Below, piece after piece: positions 53,061-64,000 of a stretch of 64,000 nucleotides of DNA. The position numbers and the translations under genes were made by a program. A model generated the notes under the pieces. That model saw only the letters and a program-made list of their open reading frames with translations, was not told the origin of the DNA and searched no databases. Source of the stretch: Eledone cirrhosa (taxonomy: Eukaryota); assembly GCA_964016885.1 (NCBI GenBank), contig OZ024740.1, positions 163,804,001 to 163,868,000 on the forward strand, given 5' to 3'. Position 1 is the first letter of the stretch; every line of letters starts with the position of its first letter.

Positions 53061-53959
53061 CACACACACATACAGGAATACATTATCAAAAGTGTCCTTT
53101 CTATTAAGATAGTAGGGTGTGATTTGAGAGGATTTCAGCACTAGTTTATTGTTTTTCCCCGCTGATATGTCAGCGAAAAATACGCGCACATTCAAATTAT
53201 ATATATATATATATACACGAGAGGTTTTTGAAGTTTCTGTCTACCAAATTCCACTCTAAGGGTTAAAAACATTTTCTCAAATTGTCATGCAGTGGGATAT
53301 TGAAGGGTGTGATTGTGAAACAAAGTTCTTCATCTCATCACCAGATGCGGTACCATGGCCAATGAGGTATATTCGAGGCGTGGTTATTGCTATTTGAAAA
53401 CTATTTGCTAATATTTGTATTTAAAAAAAAAAAAATTGTTAACCATAGACACCCACTTCTGCGAATTGAGATATCACAGCTCCAATATTATGGGCATGTG
53501 GTTAGAATGTCTCAGGAAAGAATCGCTGGACAGATTTTACGAACAAAATCAACTGGCAAGAGACCCAGGGGTAGACCATGAGCAAGATGGTTGGATAACA
53601 TACATGAGCTTGGCTGGTCTCGCTTGGGGGTCCAGCTGGATCAGTTGGAGACTGTTGCTTCTGACATGACCTGCTGGAAGAAGTGTTTGAGGACTGCTCC
53701 CACGCCCCTCTCAAGAATAAGTGGGAGAAGAACATTAGACACAATATAATCAATTGATTATGAAGCAATATGTAACTGGTATTTAATTATAATCACAAAG
53801 TGATGTATGACAGTGTCAACTAAGTGGCATTTGAACTTAGACTAGTGAGACATTGAACAACAATATATTATATAACATCTAACGAGTTTGAAGTATAGTT
53901 TGAAGTGCATCAATGATCAGTATTAAACCCACTACTCTATGTAGTTGCAATGAGGTACT

Positions 53960-54995
53960 GTGGGAGAAAATCAATAAGGGTAAGGAATATATAGAAGCAA
54001 AAGGTATGTAGGTGAATATTGAAAATATGAAGGTGATGGCAAATGAGATGGAAAGAACCGAAAATGGCTGTGTGCAGGAAGGGTGATAGAGGGAACTTTA
54101 TTAAATGTATGATATCCACTGGGCTAGTTCATTGAAAATAAAGTGGTGTGAAATAATTATTAAATATTGTGACAGCTAACTGTAAAGTTTGTATAGAGGG
54201 AGCTACAAATGGAGAGGATGCTGAGCCAGATCTTGGGCATAGTGTTAAGATGGAAGGTGTGACAATGTTTTGTTACCTTGGAGATAGGTTGAATAGAGAT
54301 GGTGGCTCAGACTCTGTGACTTTATCTAGAGCAGTGTTTACAAAGTGGGTTCCGCAAAGGAGTGTCTGGGGTTCCATGAAAAAAAGGTAGAGGAGTATAT
54401 TTATATTACGACCATATAACAGTATTTGGAGTTCCTTCAAAAGTTTCAAAACCAAAAAGCACTTTGCGTTTGAAAAAGTTTGGAGAACCCTTATCTAGAG
54501 TGATATGTGCATGGAAGAAGTTTTGGGAACTGAGTGGTGTGCTAATGAGGAGGGGAGTGATTGAAGAGAAAGGTGTATGCTGTAACATGATTTATGAGAG
54601 TGAAACATGGATGATGAATATTGAGCATCAAAGAAGGCTGGAAAGAATGGAAATCAGAATGGCCCAATGGATGTGTGGAGTATTGCTCAGAGAGAGAAAG
54701 ATGACCAATGACTTGCAGAGGATGAAAGGAATAGAGTTAGTGATGAAATGATGTGAAGAGAAATGGAATAAGATTGTCGAGGAAAGATGAATGTGACTGG
54801 GTGGGAGGAGTGATGGATGAATATAGAAAGAAATAGAGGAAGGGAAAGATTAAGAAAGACTTGGCAAAAGATGATGGAGGAAATGAAAGTCAGGAGGTTG
54901 GTGAGTAGAGTTGCAACCAATAGGGAAAATGGAGAAGCTTGTCACAGGGCTTGCAAGGCTAATCTCTGCTTTATCAGGGAGAATGACATAAAAAC
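53960..54995 (+). mobile_element. Decayed RTE fragment interrupted by a MITE
   Basis: FCYLGDRL..GGS, WKKFWELS, YESETW and RLRKTW remnants. Confidence 0.78.
54332..54492. mobile_element. hAT/Charlie-like MITE
   Basis: Perfect 8-bp TSD ATCTAGAG; termini cagtgttt / gagaaccctt. Confidence 0.8.
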
Positions 54996-55616
54996 ACTTG
55001 TTATCTAGCTTTCCTTTCTACTGGCTAATGTCTAGCATTGGCACAAACCATTAAAATTTGGGTCAGGGTTCAAGTTAATTGAATCTACCACATACTTGAC
55101 TAGTACTTATTTATCAAACAATATTACTTAGAAATGCTGAATCTATTCTAGCATGATTTGAACTGAGAATGTAGAGGCATTGTTTGGCATTACCAATCTT
55201 GCTATCCACTGTCTTTTTTCCAATAATAATAATATTGTTGATGGACCTCCATCAGTTCTGATGACAATGGGATAGACTGCTTGTGAAACTAATGTTCAAG
55301 TGGCTGAGTATTCCTTAGACACTTGCATCCTGAACTTAGTTCTCAGAGAGATTCATCATAAGTCAGTATGTGACAAAACTGGCCCTTTCAATTTAAAAGG
55401 GCTACAATTTGTTTTTTTCTAGCTGAGTAGACTGAAACAATTGGAAATAAAGTGTCTTGCTGAAGGTTACAATGCACTGCCTGTCCAGGACTTGAAATCC
55501 TGACTAATTGTGAGCCCAATACCTTAATCACTAAGCCACATGACATCACAATAATATTATTAATCATTTGTTAATTGGAGTTGTAAAAGATGAAATATGA
55601 ACTTTTAATTGTAAAG

Positions 55617-56004
55617 AGATTTAGCACTAAAGAGATTTAGGCATAACTGTATTAAGAAATTTACTCCCTAACCAATTGTTTTGAGAGTCAATCTCATTGT
55701 ATGATACCTTGAGCATTTGTCTTGTACCTCAGGCTAATGCAAGCCCTGTGAGTGTAATTACAAAATTTGGTGGAAGTTCATTGGATGGATTATTCCTGTT
55801 TTGGGGTGGTTAGATTTAGCACTAAAGAGATTTAGGCATAACTGTATTAAGAAATTTACTCCCTAACCACTTGTTTTGAGAGTCAATCTCATTGTATGAT
55901 ACCTTGAGCATTTGTCTTGTACCTCAGGCTAATGCAAGCCCTGTGAGTGTAATTACAAAATTGGGTGGAAGTTCATTGGATGGGTTATTCCTGTTTTGGT
56001 GTGG
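55617..56004. repeat. Recent tandem duplication of a 195-bp unit
   Basis: 55617-55811 is repeated from 55812 with only a few substitutions. Confidence 0.95.
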
Positions 56005-56268
56005 TAGACAACCTGCATCTGGTCTGGGGATAAATTTCTTCTCTTTCTCTCACCAGCCTTGGGAAAGGTCATGGGAACTACACTTCATCCTTTGATTATG
56101 CTCTTAAAAAAAAAAATTGAAGTAAAGCTGTTTTAGTAAGGTTCCTAATCAGTTTGGCATAAATATATAGACACACACATTTTAAAATTTTGATATTTTA
56201 ATTTATATTTTATTATTATTGGCAATTATTGAATACCATTAACATTTAATTGAAACTGTTTTCTAGTA

Positions 56269-56329
56269 ATGGATCTCCGAAGAGTGAAAGATGATGTCAA
56301 GTTAAATCTATGTCGAAGATATTACAAAG
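56269..56329 (+). CDS. PSENEN: PSENEN (gamma-secretase subunit PEN-2) coding exon 1: MDLRRVKDDVKLNLCRRYYK
   Basis: PEN-2 N-terminal motif KLNLCRxYY and donor G|GTAAGG. Acceptor ttttctAG lies 2 nt before the ATG, implying an upstream non-coding exon. Confidence 0.96.
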
Positions 56330-56843
56330 GTAAGGTTAATGCAGAAGAAATATTGTGTATGAATAATATAGATTATGTAACTAGTAAAGAATAAAAAATT
56401 ACAGAAATATAAGTCTAATCAGATACCATTGTTGTTGTTGAGCCCCAGATCAACCATACTTAAAATAAAAGCTGTGACTATCTTGTCATTTTGTATATTA
56501 ATGATTACATTGTGAAATGTGTCCTTTTCTTAAATATGGAAGGGTGGTTTTTGGGGAAGATTTGGCTGCTATTTCTAGCAGGTTGTAGTACTGCAGAGAG
56601 TTTCCAATGATAAAACTCCCTTGCTTCTTACAAGGCATGTGAAATGTTCAAATTTGGGCAAATAAACCAACTCACATTGAGGGATAAGACATGTCTATAA
56701 ATGAATAGATGATGGAAAAAAAAAAAAAAGCTAAATTATAGCAGTGAGGAAGAAGATAACAACTCTGTGGTGATAGGGGTAAAATGAAGATGATTTTGAA
56801 AATACTGTGATGTTAATTTATAATAGTACTTATTATCTTTCAG

Positions 56844-56948
56844 TTGGCTTTGCACTCCTCCCATTCTTGTGGTTTATTAACTTCTTGTGGTTCTTTAGAG
56901 ATGCTTACCGACGACCACAGTTTGAACAGCAGAAACAAATCCGTACAT
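56844..56948 (+). CDS. PSENEN: PSENEN coding exon 2: [35 protein letters not shown]
   Basis: Acceptor tctttcAG, donor T|GTAAGT. Contains the GFAxLPFLW motif; 105 nt and frame-consistent. Confidence 0.97.
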
Positions 56949-56999
56949 GTAAGTAGCTATTTTAATCCTAAACCTTATCTATTGTTAGAGAGTTAATCA

Positions 57000-57410
57000 T
57001 CATCATCATTGTTTTATATCTTATTTTCCATGCTTGCAAGTGTTAGATGGGTTGTCACATTTGAGACTGGACAGGTCAGATGATTGAGTCTTGCTCATAC
57101 ATTCCATTCTGGCATGGATGCATTTCATAACACTACCCACTTCACAGTGCGTACTGGGTGCCTTTTCTTGTGACACTACCACTACCACCTGATAGGGTGG
57201 ACTGGATGCATTTTATTATAGCACTCACTTTACAGTGTGGGTTGTGTGCATTTTATTGTGGCACCAGCTCACATTGTGGGCTGGGTGCATTTTATGGTGG
57301 AACCAGCACTACCATTTTACAGTGTGAGCTGGGTGCATTTTATCATGATGCCAGCACTACCACTTTACAGTGTGGATTGGGTGTATTTTATTGTGGCAGC
57401 AGCACTATAT
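57000..57410 (-). repeat. RTE 3'UTR-derived repeat with internal ~40-bp tandem units
   Basis: Recurrent ttacagtgtggactgggtgcatttt..gcaccagcact. Related blocks at ~5280-5580, 5790-6030, 7080-7500, 25865-26100 and 42040-42200. Confidence 0.7.
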
Positions 57411-57719
57411 ATATTTTGATAATCCAAATAAAATAAAAGATCAACTTAATCTTGAAGAGCTTTGAACCACAATTTCAGTGATAGGTTAATATATTTTCCT
57501 ATTTATAATGGTTATTCATGGAAAAATGAGAATATTGATTATTATTTGGGTTTAAAAACAATAGCAATTGGTGAGGGAGGGAATGCTGATTTCACTGACT
57601 CAAGTACTTGGTATTAATAATGATAGTAATTATGTCTGTTTTAGAGTGAAACCATCTACTTATCTATTTTTGTTGTTCTTCAATCACAACATATACACTC
57701 ATGTATAGAATATCTGGAG

Positions 57720-57965
57720 ACATAAACTGTGTTCATTGCAAATGACTCACAATCTGTAATGGAGACTTTTGGTGTCCTTGGCCCTAGGGCCACTCCCCTG
57801 CTCACCACTATTGGCACAGAGTTGGCTACCTGCAAGTGTGAGCCTTGTGAGCTGGAATGGCTTTTCCAGTGTATCTCTCTCACCATTCTCTGGGGAAATA
57901 CCTTCTTTATTCTGTCTGCCAAGGCATGGCCAGCGCATGAACCCCCATTTGCTCTTGATAGTGAG
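57720..57965 (+). mobile_element. CRE-clade (RLE) retrotransposon C-terminal remnant
   Basis: METFGVLGP..LEWLFQCISLTILWGN resembles CRE ETxGxxG..LFQRLSIAIQRGN. Confidence 0.65.
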
Positions 57966-58357
57966 AGATGAGGAAAGCAGGAGAGACGAGGCAGTGACTG
58001 GGAGTTTGGTTCTTTTGTGTTCTGACCTGGTGTATAAGTATGTTTCATGGACACACATTCACACATCTGTTTCCCTATTACCAATAGCAATGCGTAATCT
58101 GTGAACTAAAGCTTATAGCTTTATTTTTTGTGTGCCATGTAGACAAAATAGCAAAGGTAAATTACTTTTACATCTAAATGTTTTTTCTAATTACTCAGTC
58201 ATTAAATAGGTGTGCAAACAGTGCTAGAAAACTGAGAAAGTACATTGGCATTGAGCTTGAGAAACAAGAAATTTGGGTGAAATATAGATTTAACCCTCAT
58301 GTTACTGTTTCTAAAGAATGCCTATTAAATTTGAAAATAATGAAGAATTTATAGGAA

Positions 58358-59451
58358 CTAGCTGACATACCCAGCTTCGCCCGGGTAAACAGATGATAAG
58401 AGAAGACGGGTAAAAGAGAAAATGAGTGTATTGGATGTTTGTCTGGTTACAGTATGAGGCGAGTCCGTGGTGTCTGTGTGATACAGAAAACAGTAAAAAA
58501 AATCTTCTAGATATACCAGATTCTTCGTTGTACCGTTTGTGCATAGTATATGAACAATTCTAGGTGCCCCTACCTAGAATAGTGACCTCTAGGAGATGGT
58601 TCATCTTCTGCCTGACTGTAAAACGTGTATCATTGCATAGACGTGGTTGTTCCACGTTTCTCAAAAGGATGATGGAAGTTCCAATCTTTTATATTATATG
58701 TAGATATAGATAATTAATATAAAAGATGATGCTCAGCCAGTTCGTCTTCAACTATTGCAGCACGCCGTCGCTGCTTGGCTCCAGTGTTTCATTGGCGTTG
58801 TTCAGCTAGCTCCTCTTCATTCATGGCAGCATGTCTTCGCCTCTGAAGTTCGGCGTTCCGATGGCGCTGTTCGGCCCGTTTTTCTTCATTCCTGGCTGCA
58901 TGCCGTCGCCGCTGTAGTTCACTGTTTGATAAAGTCGAATTGCTTTTATTATCAGTATTCATTTCGAGCAATTGTCAAAAAATGAGACAATAATAAATAT
59001 AAAAGATGTCCGTCAATGTAAAAAAAGGTCCCTATTTACTCCCTTCACAACTCTGTGTATGTTAGACTGACAGACAGGCACAGACAGATAAACTGGGTGG
59101 TGATTGTGGAACACTCCACGTACACACACATACACGCATGGAAACGTGCACACGCACGCAAACTTACACACGCACACATGTTGATAGTCTTTACTTTGTG
59201 GAATGCTGCATGCACGCGCACACACATAAACATACGCGCATGTACATACACACGCACACATGGTAATAGTTACAGTGTTCACTTTGTCTCTCTGTTTCTT
59301 ATTCTCCCCTCTCACTCCCTCATTGGCATTATGCATATTAATTTAAGTTTGGTGTCGTTGAGGTGGGCAGAGTCGTTTGAAACCTATGAACCAATGATAA
59401 TCGAGAATTATGACAATCGGAATACTGACATTGTTGAAATTAATATATAGA
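58358..59451 (-). mobile_element. Internally deleted Helitron in a PSENEN intron
   Basis: A|TCTATATATTA 5' end; CCCGGGCGAAGCTGGG hairpin + CTAG|T 3' end. Contains a PIF1-helicase remnant KIGTSIILLRNVEQPRLCNDTRFTVRQKMNHLLEVTILG (~58570-58690) and Arg/Glu-rich RepHel N-terminal repeats. Confidence 0.9.
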
Positions 59452-59851
59452 TTTAGTAAAATAACTTTTTCAGTATTAAAATCGATTTATGGTATATTTT
59501 TCGTTATTTAAGTAAATTAAATTGCTTTATGGAATATAATTAAAGTTTTTTTTAATATAAAATTATGAGCATAGATGATTTGGTGCAAAACTTATTTGGT
59601 ACTACGTTTGGTTGAGATTATGTTGGCTTTTATTTTATATAACAACTAACCAGAAGAATATATGAAACTGTTTTTACATTTGAAAATATGGTCACTGTTG
59701 AGTGCCTGACGATTGTTGCTCACAATTACCAAATGATAAACTAAATAGAGCAATATTTTTGATGTATCTGTATATTACTCTTATTCAATATTTCTATCTC
59801 AATTTATGTATGATGTAAAGGGAGATAACTCAATATTCTTTTATTTTTCAG

Positions 59852-59991
59852 ATGTTACTCGGTCATTGATTGGTTCCTTGGTTTGGTTCAGCATCATGAT
59901 AGTATGGATTATAATATTTCAAATGAACCGAGCTGAATGGGGTGCTGTTGCTGATTATATGTCCTTTATCATTCCTACAGGCAAAGCATAA
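59852..59991 (+). CDS. PSENEN: PSENEN coding exon 3: YVTRSLIGSLVWFSIMIVWIIIFQMNRAEWGAVADYMSFIIPTGKA*
   Basis: Acceptor tttttcAG and C-terminal WG..DYxSFxIPxG motif. Total CDS 61+105+140=306 nt = 101 aa + stop, the typical PEN-2 length. Confidence 0.97.
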
Positions 59992-60098
59992 CTTGGAACA
60001 CATGGCCAAATAATGCATATATATCAGTTTACTGGTTGTCAGTTGATAAGTTTCAACTAGTTGGTCTACTACCTTGGCCACAAGGGTGACGGATTTAC

Positions 60099-60104
60099 AA
60101 TAAA
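60099..60104 (+). terminator. Candidate polyadenylation signal (AATAAA) of PSENEN
   Basis: AATAAA ~110 nt after the stop. An alternative lies near 60474. Confidence 0.4.
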
Positions 60105-62870
60105 CCATGAACTTGCTGTGTCAGAAAAAGAGATGGGGAGAGAGACAGAGCGTGAATGTGTGTATATTATTTGTATGTAAAAAATTAAAAAAAACTATGT
60201 AAAATATGTGAATGACTTTTTCTAACCACTCACACACTGAAGTAAATATTTGTGTATTTCAATTCGTATTTGTCAGAAGAACAAGAGACAATTCTACTCA
60301 TGCCCATTCCCCCCCCAATATAACATTACACATAACTTTGAATAACTGTCCTTATTGTCATTAAATTCCCTCAAATAACCTATGATTTATATATTGTCTA
60401 TCAACAAATTCTGAAACAAATATTTGGAATATGTAAGTGCACTTCAATGATCAAGTACCAGACAAAATGCTTTAATAAATTTGCTATCTTGTATTAATTA
60501 CAAATTCTGCTGGAGTTAATTTTCTTTTTCATTCAAACAGGTATTTAGGTGTAATGTTATTTTGTTTTTGCTTTTGATATGCTCGCCATAGTATGGAACT
60601 TTTTACCTTGTTTAACCCTGATAACAGTGCTCTGAATAGGAAAAAGAAAATGATCATCAAATTTAAAAACACCCCAAAAACGCTGGTCTTAAAGTTGAAA
60701 TAGGAATTAATAGAAAAATAGACATAACACTAAATCCCAATTCCAGCCGTTTCTACCCATATCACAAATTAAACGAAACTTCAGTTATGTTAGTTACAAC
60801 TCCAACGACCCTAGGGCAATGACTAAAGCTCAGACAATTTTTATGCTTTCGGTTAATCATGATATTTTTAATGGAAAGGTTAGTAATTACAATGACAAAC
60901 TAGTTAGGGCTGTATACAGAGAGAAAATAGAATACATAGGTAGCAACAGTTGACCACACATCTATACACAAGCATAAACAAAATCATAGACTAACCACTG
61001 GCATAAGCTCCCTTCCTGAAAATATAACCTGAAGTAACTCACACTAACACAGCCACTAGCTTAACCATTGAGTCAGATATAGACTTTGCAACCCCAAGAC
61101 ACAATAACCCCATTACCACTAGTCACAATGTGAAATCAAATGCCCCTTTTGCATAACAGATAGTTCATAATGAAACAAAGCAATGACGGAACAAAGTCTG
61201 CTTGCATTCTGTCCCATACCTTTTTTTATGGCACTTAATAAATGTTTCCCAAAATCACTGCGGCACAGCAGGATATTCAATAGGTACAGTTATATTCCAC
61301 TACTAAAAACCTCGCCCAAAACATAGCTAAGATTAACAATAGCAAATTGGAACCTAAACACTTTTTAAATGTGTGTGCAACAGTGCTTGTGCTTGTAGAT
61401 TATGTAAAATACCTTGGGGAAACAGTAAGGGACATAACAGACACAATTCTATTCATCCACACCAAGAAGTCAACCACTCCTATAGGCATAATTACAATAC
61501 TAACAACAATGAATGTAACTTGAATTCTACCATGGCTGTGTGGTTAAGGAGTTCCCTTTGTAGCATTGTTGTTTCATGATTAGTCCTACTGGGAAAGTGC
61601 CTTCAACTATAGCCTTGTGCTGGTCAATGCCTTTTAAGTGAAATTTGGTAGACAGAAACTATGTGGAAGCCCATTGCATATGCGTGTTTGTGTGTGTATT
61701 TGTTTACATTTACTGTTTGTTTATATCCTGTAATTTAGTAGTGCCATTAAAAGAGATTGAAAAACAACTATTAGGATCAATATAATTGACTAAATCACTT
61801 TAAGGTGGTTCCCCATCATGGTTGCTGTCTATTGACTGAAACCAGCATTAATAATAGAATGTTGAAAGACGAAATTTAGTCGTGTATTCCATATTTTTCT
61901 ATTTCATAATTTTTCTCCTTGTGGTAAGGGTGTTGGGTTCATTTCCTGGACTGGGTTGTGTGTTGTGTTCTTGAGCAAAACACTTCATTTCACGTTGGCC
62001 CTGGTATACTCAGCTGTCTTTTACTCTCAGTTGCTTCATGCCAGGGATAAGCTCTGGCTCAATGAGCCCCAGTCTGGAGACAGACTTTATACATTTTTAG
62101 ACAATAATATACATTACTAACAAAGGCAGAAAGGTGTATTTTATTACACTGACATCATAGTTGCTATTTATGTTACTGGTGGGACTTGAAATGAGAGCGT
62201 AAAGGGATGTAAAAAAAGACTAGAATGTATTTTACTAACAATTTAAAATATTGGTTTCTATTTGAGGGGCGGAGAAAGTTGATTAAATCAACTCCAGTAC
62301 TTGACTGGTATTTTTACTTTATGAACCCCGGAATAGTGAAAGGTAAATTTGACCATGGTGAGATTTGAACTGAGAATGTAAATATCTGGAAGTAAATACC
62401 ACGAAGAATTTTATCCACCTACATGGTATTTAGTTCTGTTTTCATTCTGATTTCAAATCCTACCATGTTAAAGTTTGAGGTTTACTGACTATCAACGATT
62501 TAAATTAATAGGCGCAGCTATGGCTGTGTAGTTAAGGAGCTTGGTTCGCAATAACCTGGTTCTGGGTTCAGTCCTGTTTGCAGCACCTTGGATATGTGCT
62601 CTCTACTATAGCCTTTGGTTGACAAATATCTTCTGGGTGAAATCTGGTGAACAGTCACTTACTTACACACACACATATATATATATACACACACACACAT
62701 ATATACATATATATACATATAGAGGTAGAACACTGGAAGGTAATATCCGTAGTGGTAGAGCACTCAGTCCATGGTACTGAGTACGAGCTGAAGATCCGCT
62801 AAGGTGAAACAATTGTTCTCGGTATGGTGAACTAACTGTTGTGTTACCACTTCTATATATATATATATAT

Positions 62871-63707
62871 ATATCAACTAGAAATAGATTGACACATATA
62901 TATATAAAATAAACACATGAAACAATCTCGGGGAATAATTTGTAAAGTGTGTAAGCACACATAGCTAGGTAGGTAATTATTTAAAGTTTAACTAGAACTT
63001 CAAATATAGATACCTTTTAAAATGATTAATCTCTTTTGTATATATTTCTTTAAATAAAAAGTATATTTCACCAATTAATCAGTAAATCACAGCGGTTAAA
63101 TCCTGGTTGGTCACCAAAGGAGAAAATCCAACCATCTGTATTTACACAGCAAATGCAAATCTGTGAATGACTCGAACCACGTTGTATTTTATAAAAAATA
63201 CAGACATTGCACCGTGTCATCCCAGTGGCGTGAATAGGATTATCGACAGCTAGAAATAGCAGCCGAGTCCATTCAACTGAATTAGCTCTACAATCAAGGA
63301 GCCGTATATATATCCAAAATTAAATTAAGGTTGTCATGTCTGAGAGACATGCGCCATATTCCCTGCAGAATAAGCTCAAAGATTCCAATGAATAGATCCG
63401 AGCATTTTATATAAATTGATTTACTGATTAATTGGTGAAATATATTTTTTATTTAAAGAAATAATTGAAGTTCTAGTTAAACTTCAATTAGTTACCTACC
63501 TAGCTATGTGTGCTTACACACTTTACAAATTATTCCCTGAGATTGTTTCATGTGTTTATTTTATATATATATATATATGTGTCAATCTATTTCTAGTTGA
63601 TATAAAATGCTCGGATCTATTCATTGGAATCTTTGAGCTTATTCTGCAGTGAATATGGCGCATGTCTCTCAGACATGACAACCTTAATTTAATTTTGGAT
63701 ATATATA
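62871..63707. repeat. Interlocked inverted repeats A-x-B-A'-B'
   Basis: A 62871-63089 / A' 63417-63604; B 63305-63411 / B' 63601-63707. Confidence 0.9.
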
Positions 63708-64000
63708 TATATATATAATGTCCATTTATGTCACTTAACTTAAAGGTTCGACAAAACGAGATTAATAAAATAAGTACCAGACTTGAAAAAATAAGTATTC
63801 TGGTCGATATGATCAACTAAATCAAGACGGTGTCCTAGCCTGACCGCATTCTAATGACTGAAACTTGTTAATAAGAAATAAAAAAATAAGCAATTGTTTC
63901 TTCTGAGTAAAATTATCTCCCCTGTAAATTTCTAACACGTGTAAAGACGTCGAGGGGCTGTACCGACCAAAATAGAGTAGAGATTACAAAAATATATTAT

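Noticed and set aside
21054-56268. COX17-PSENEN as a functionally linked bidirectional pair
   Set aside because: The starts are more than 30 kb apart with TE-rich sequence between, and nothing in the sequence indicates shared regulation.
59806-59851. N-terminal part of the ORF-track 61-aa ORF (MYDVKGDNSIFFYFS)
   Set aside because: Intronic polypyrimidine tract; the true exon starts after the AG at 59851.

Overview
AT-rich animal genomic DNA. The repeat landscape (tRNA-derived SINEs, PHD-bearing RTE LINEs, Helitrons, (AT)n tracts) suggests a mollusc, probably an octopus-like cephalopod, but this is inference. I find two small spliced host genes that the ORF track misses or shows only partly, pointing away from each other: COX17 on the minus strand (coding exons 21053-20950 and 1764-1680, 62 aa, ~19 kb intron) and PSENEN/PEN-2 on the plus strand (coding exons 56269-56329, 56844-56948, 59852-59991, 101 aa). 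The rest is intron or intergenic sequence packed with transposon material: two young RTE LINEs, a decayed full-length RTE, CR1, Tx1/L1 and CRE fragments, three Helitrons with intact termini, piggyBac- and hAT-like MITEs, nested insertions and many SINEs. The most interesting items are a complete type I hammerhead ribozyme motif (43491-43576, minus) with degenerate relatives, a near-perfect 152-bp fold-back SINE insertion that copied flanking DNA, several other long inverted repeats, and a C4HC3 PHD-like finger inside the RTE reverse transcriptase. I found no CRISPR, prokaryotic operon, or demonstrably new multi-gene system.
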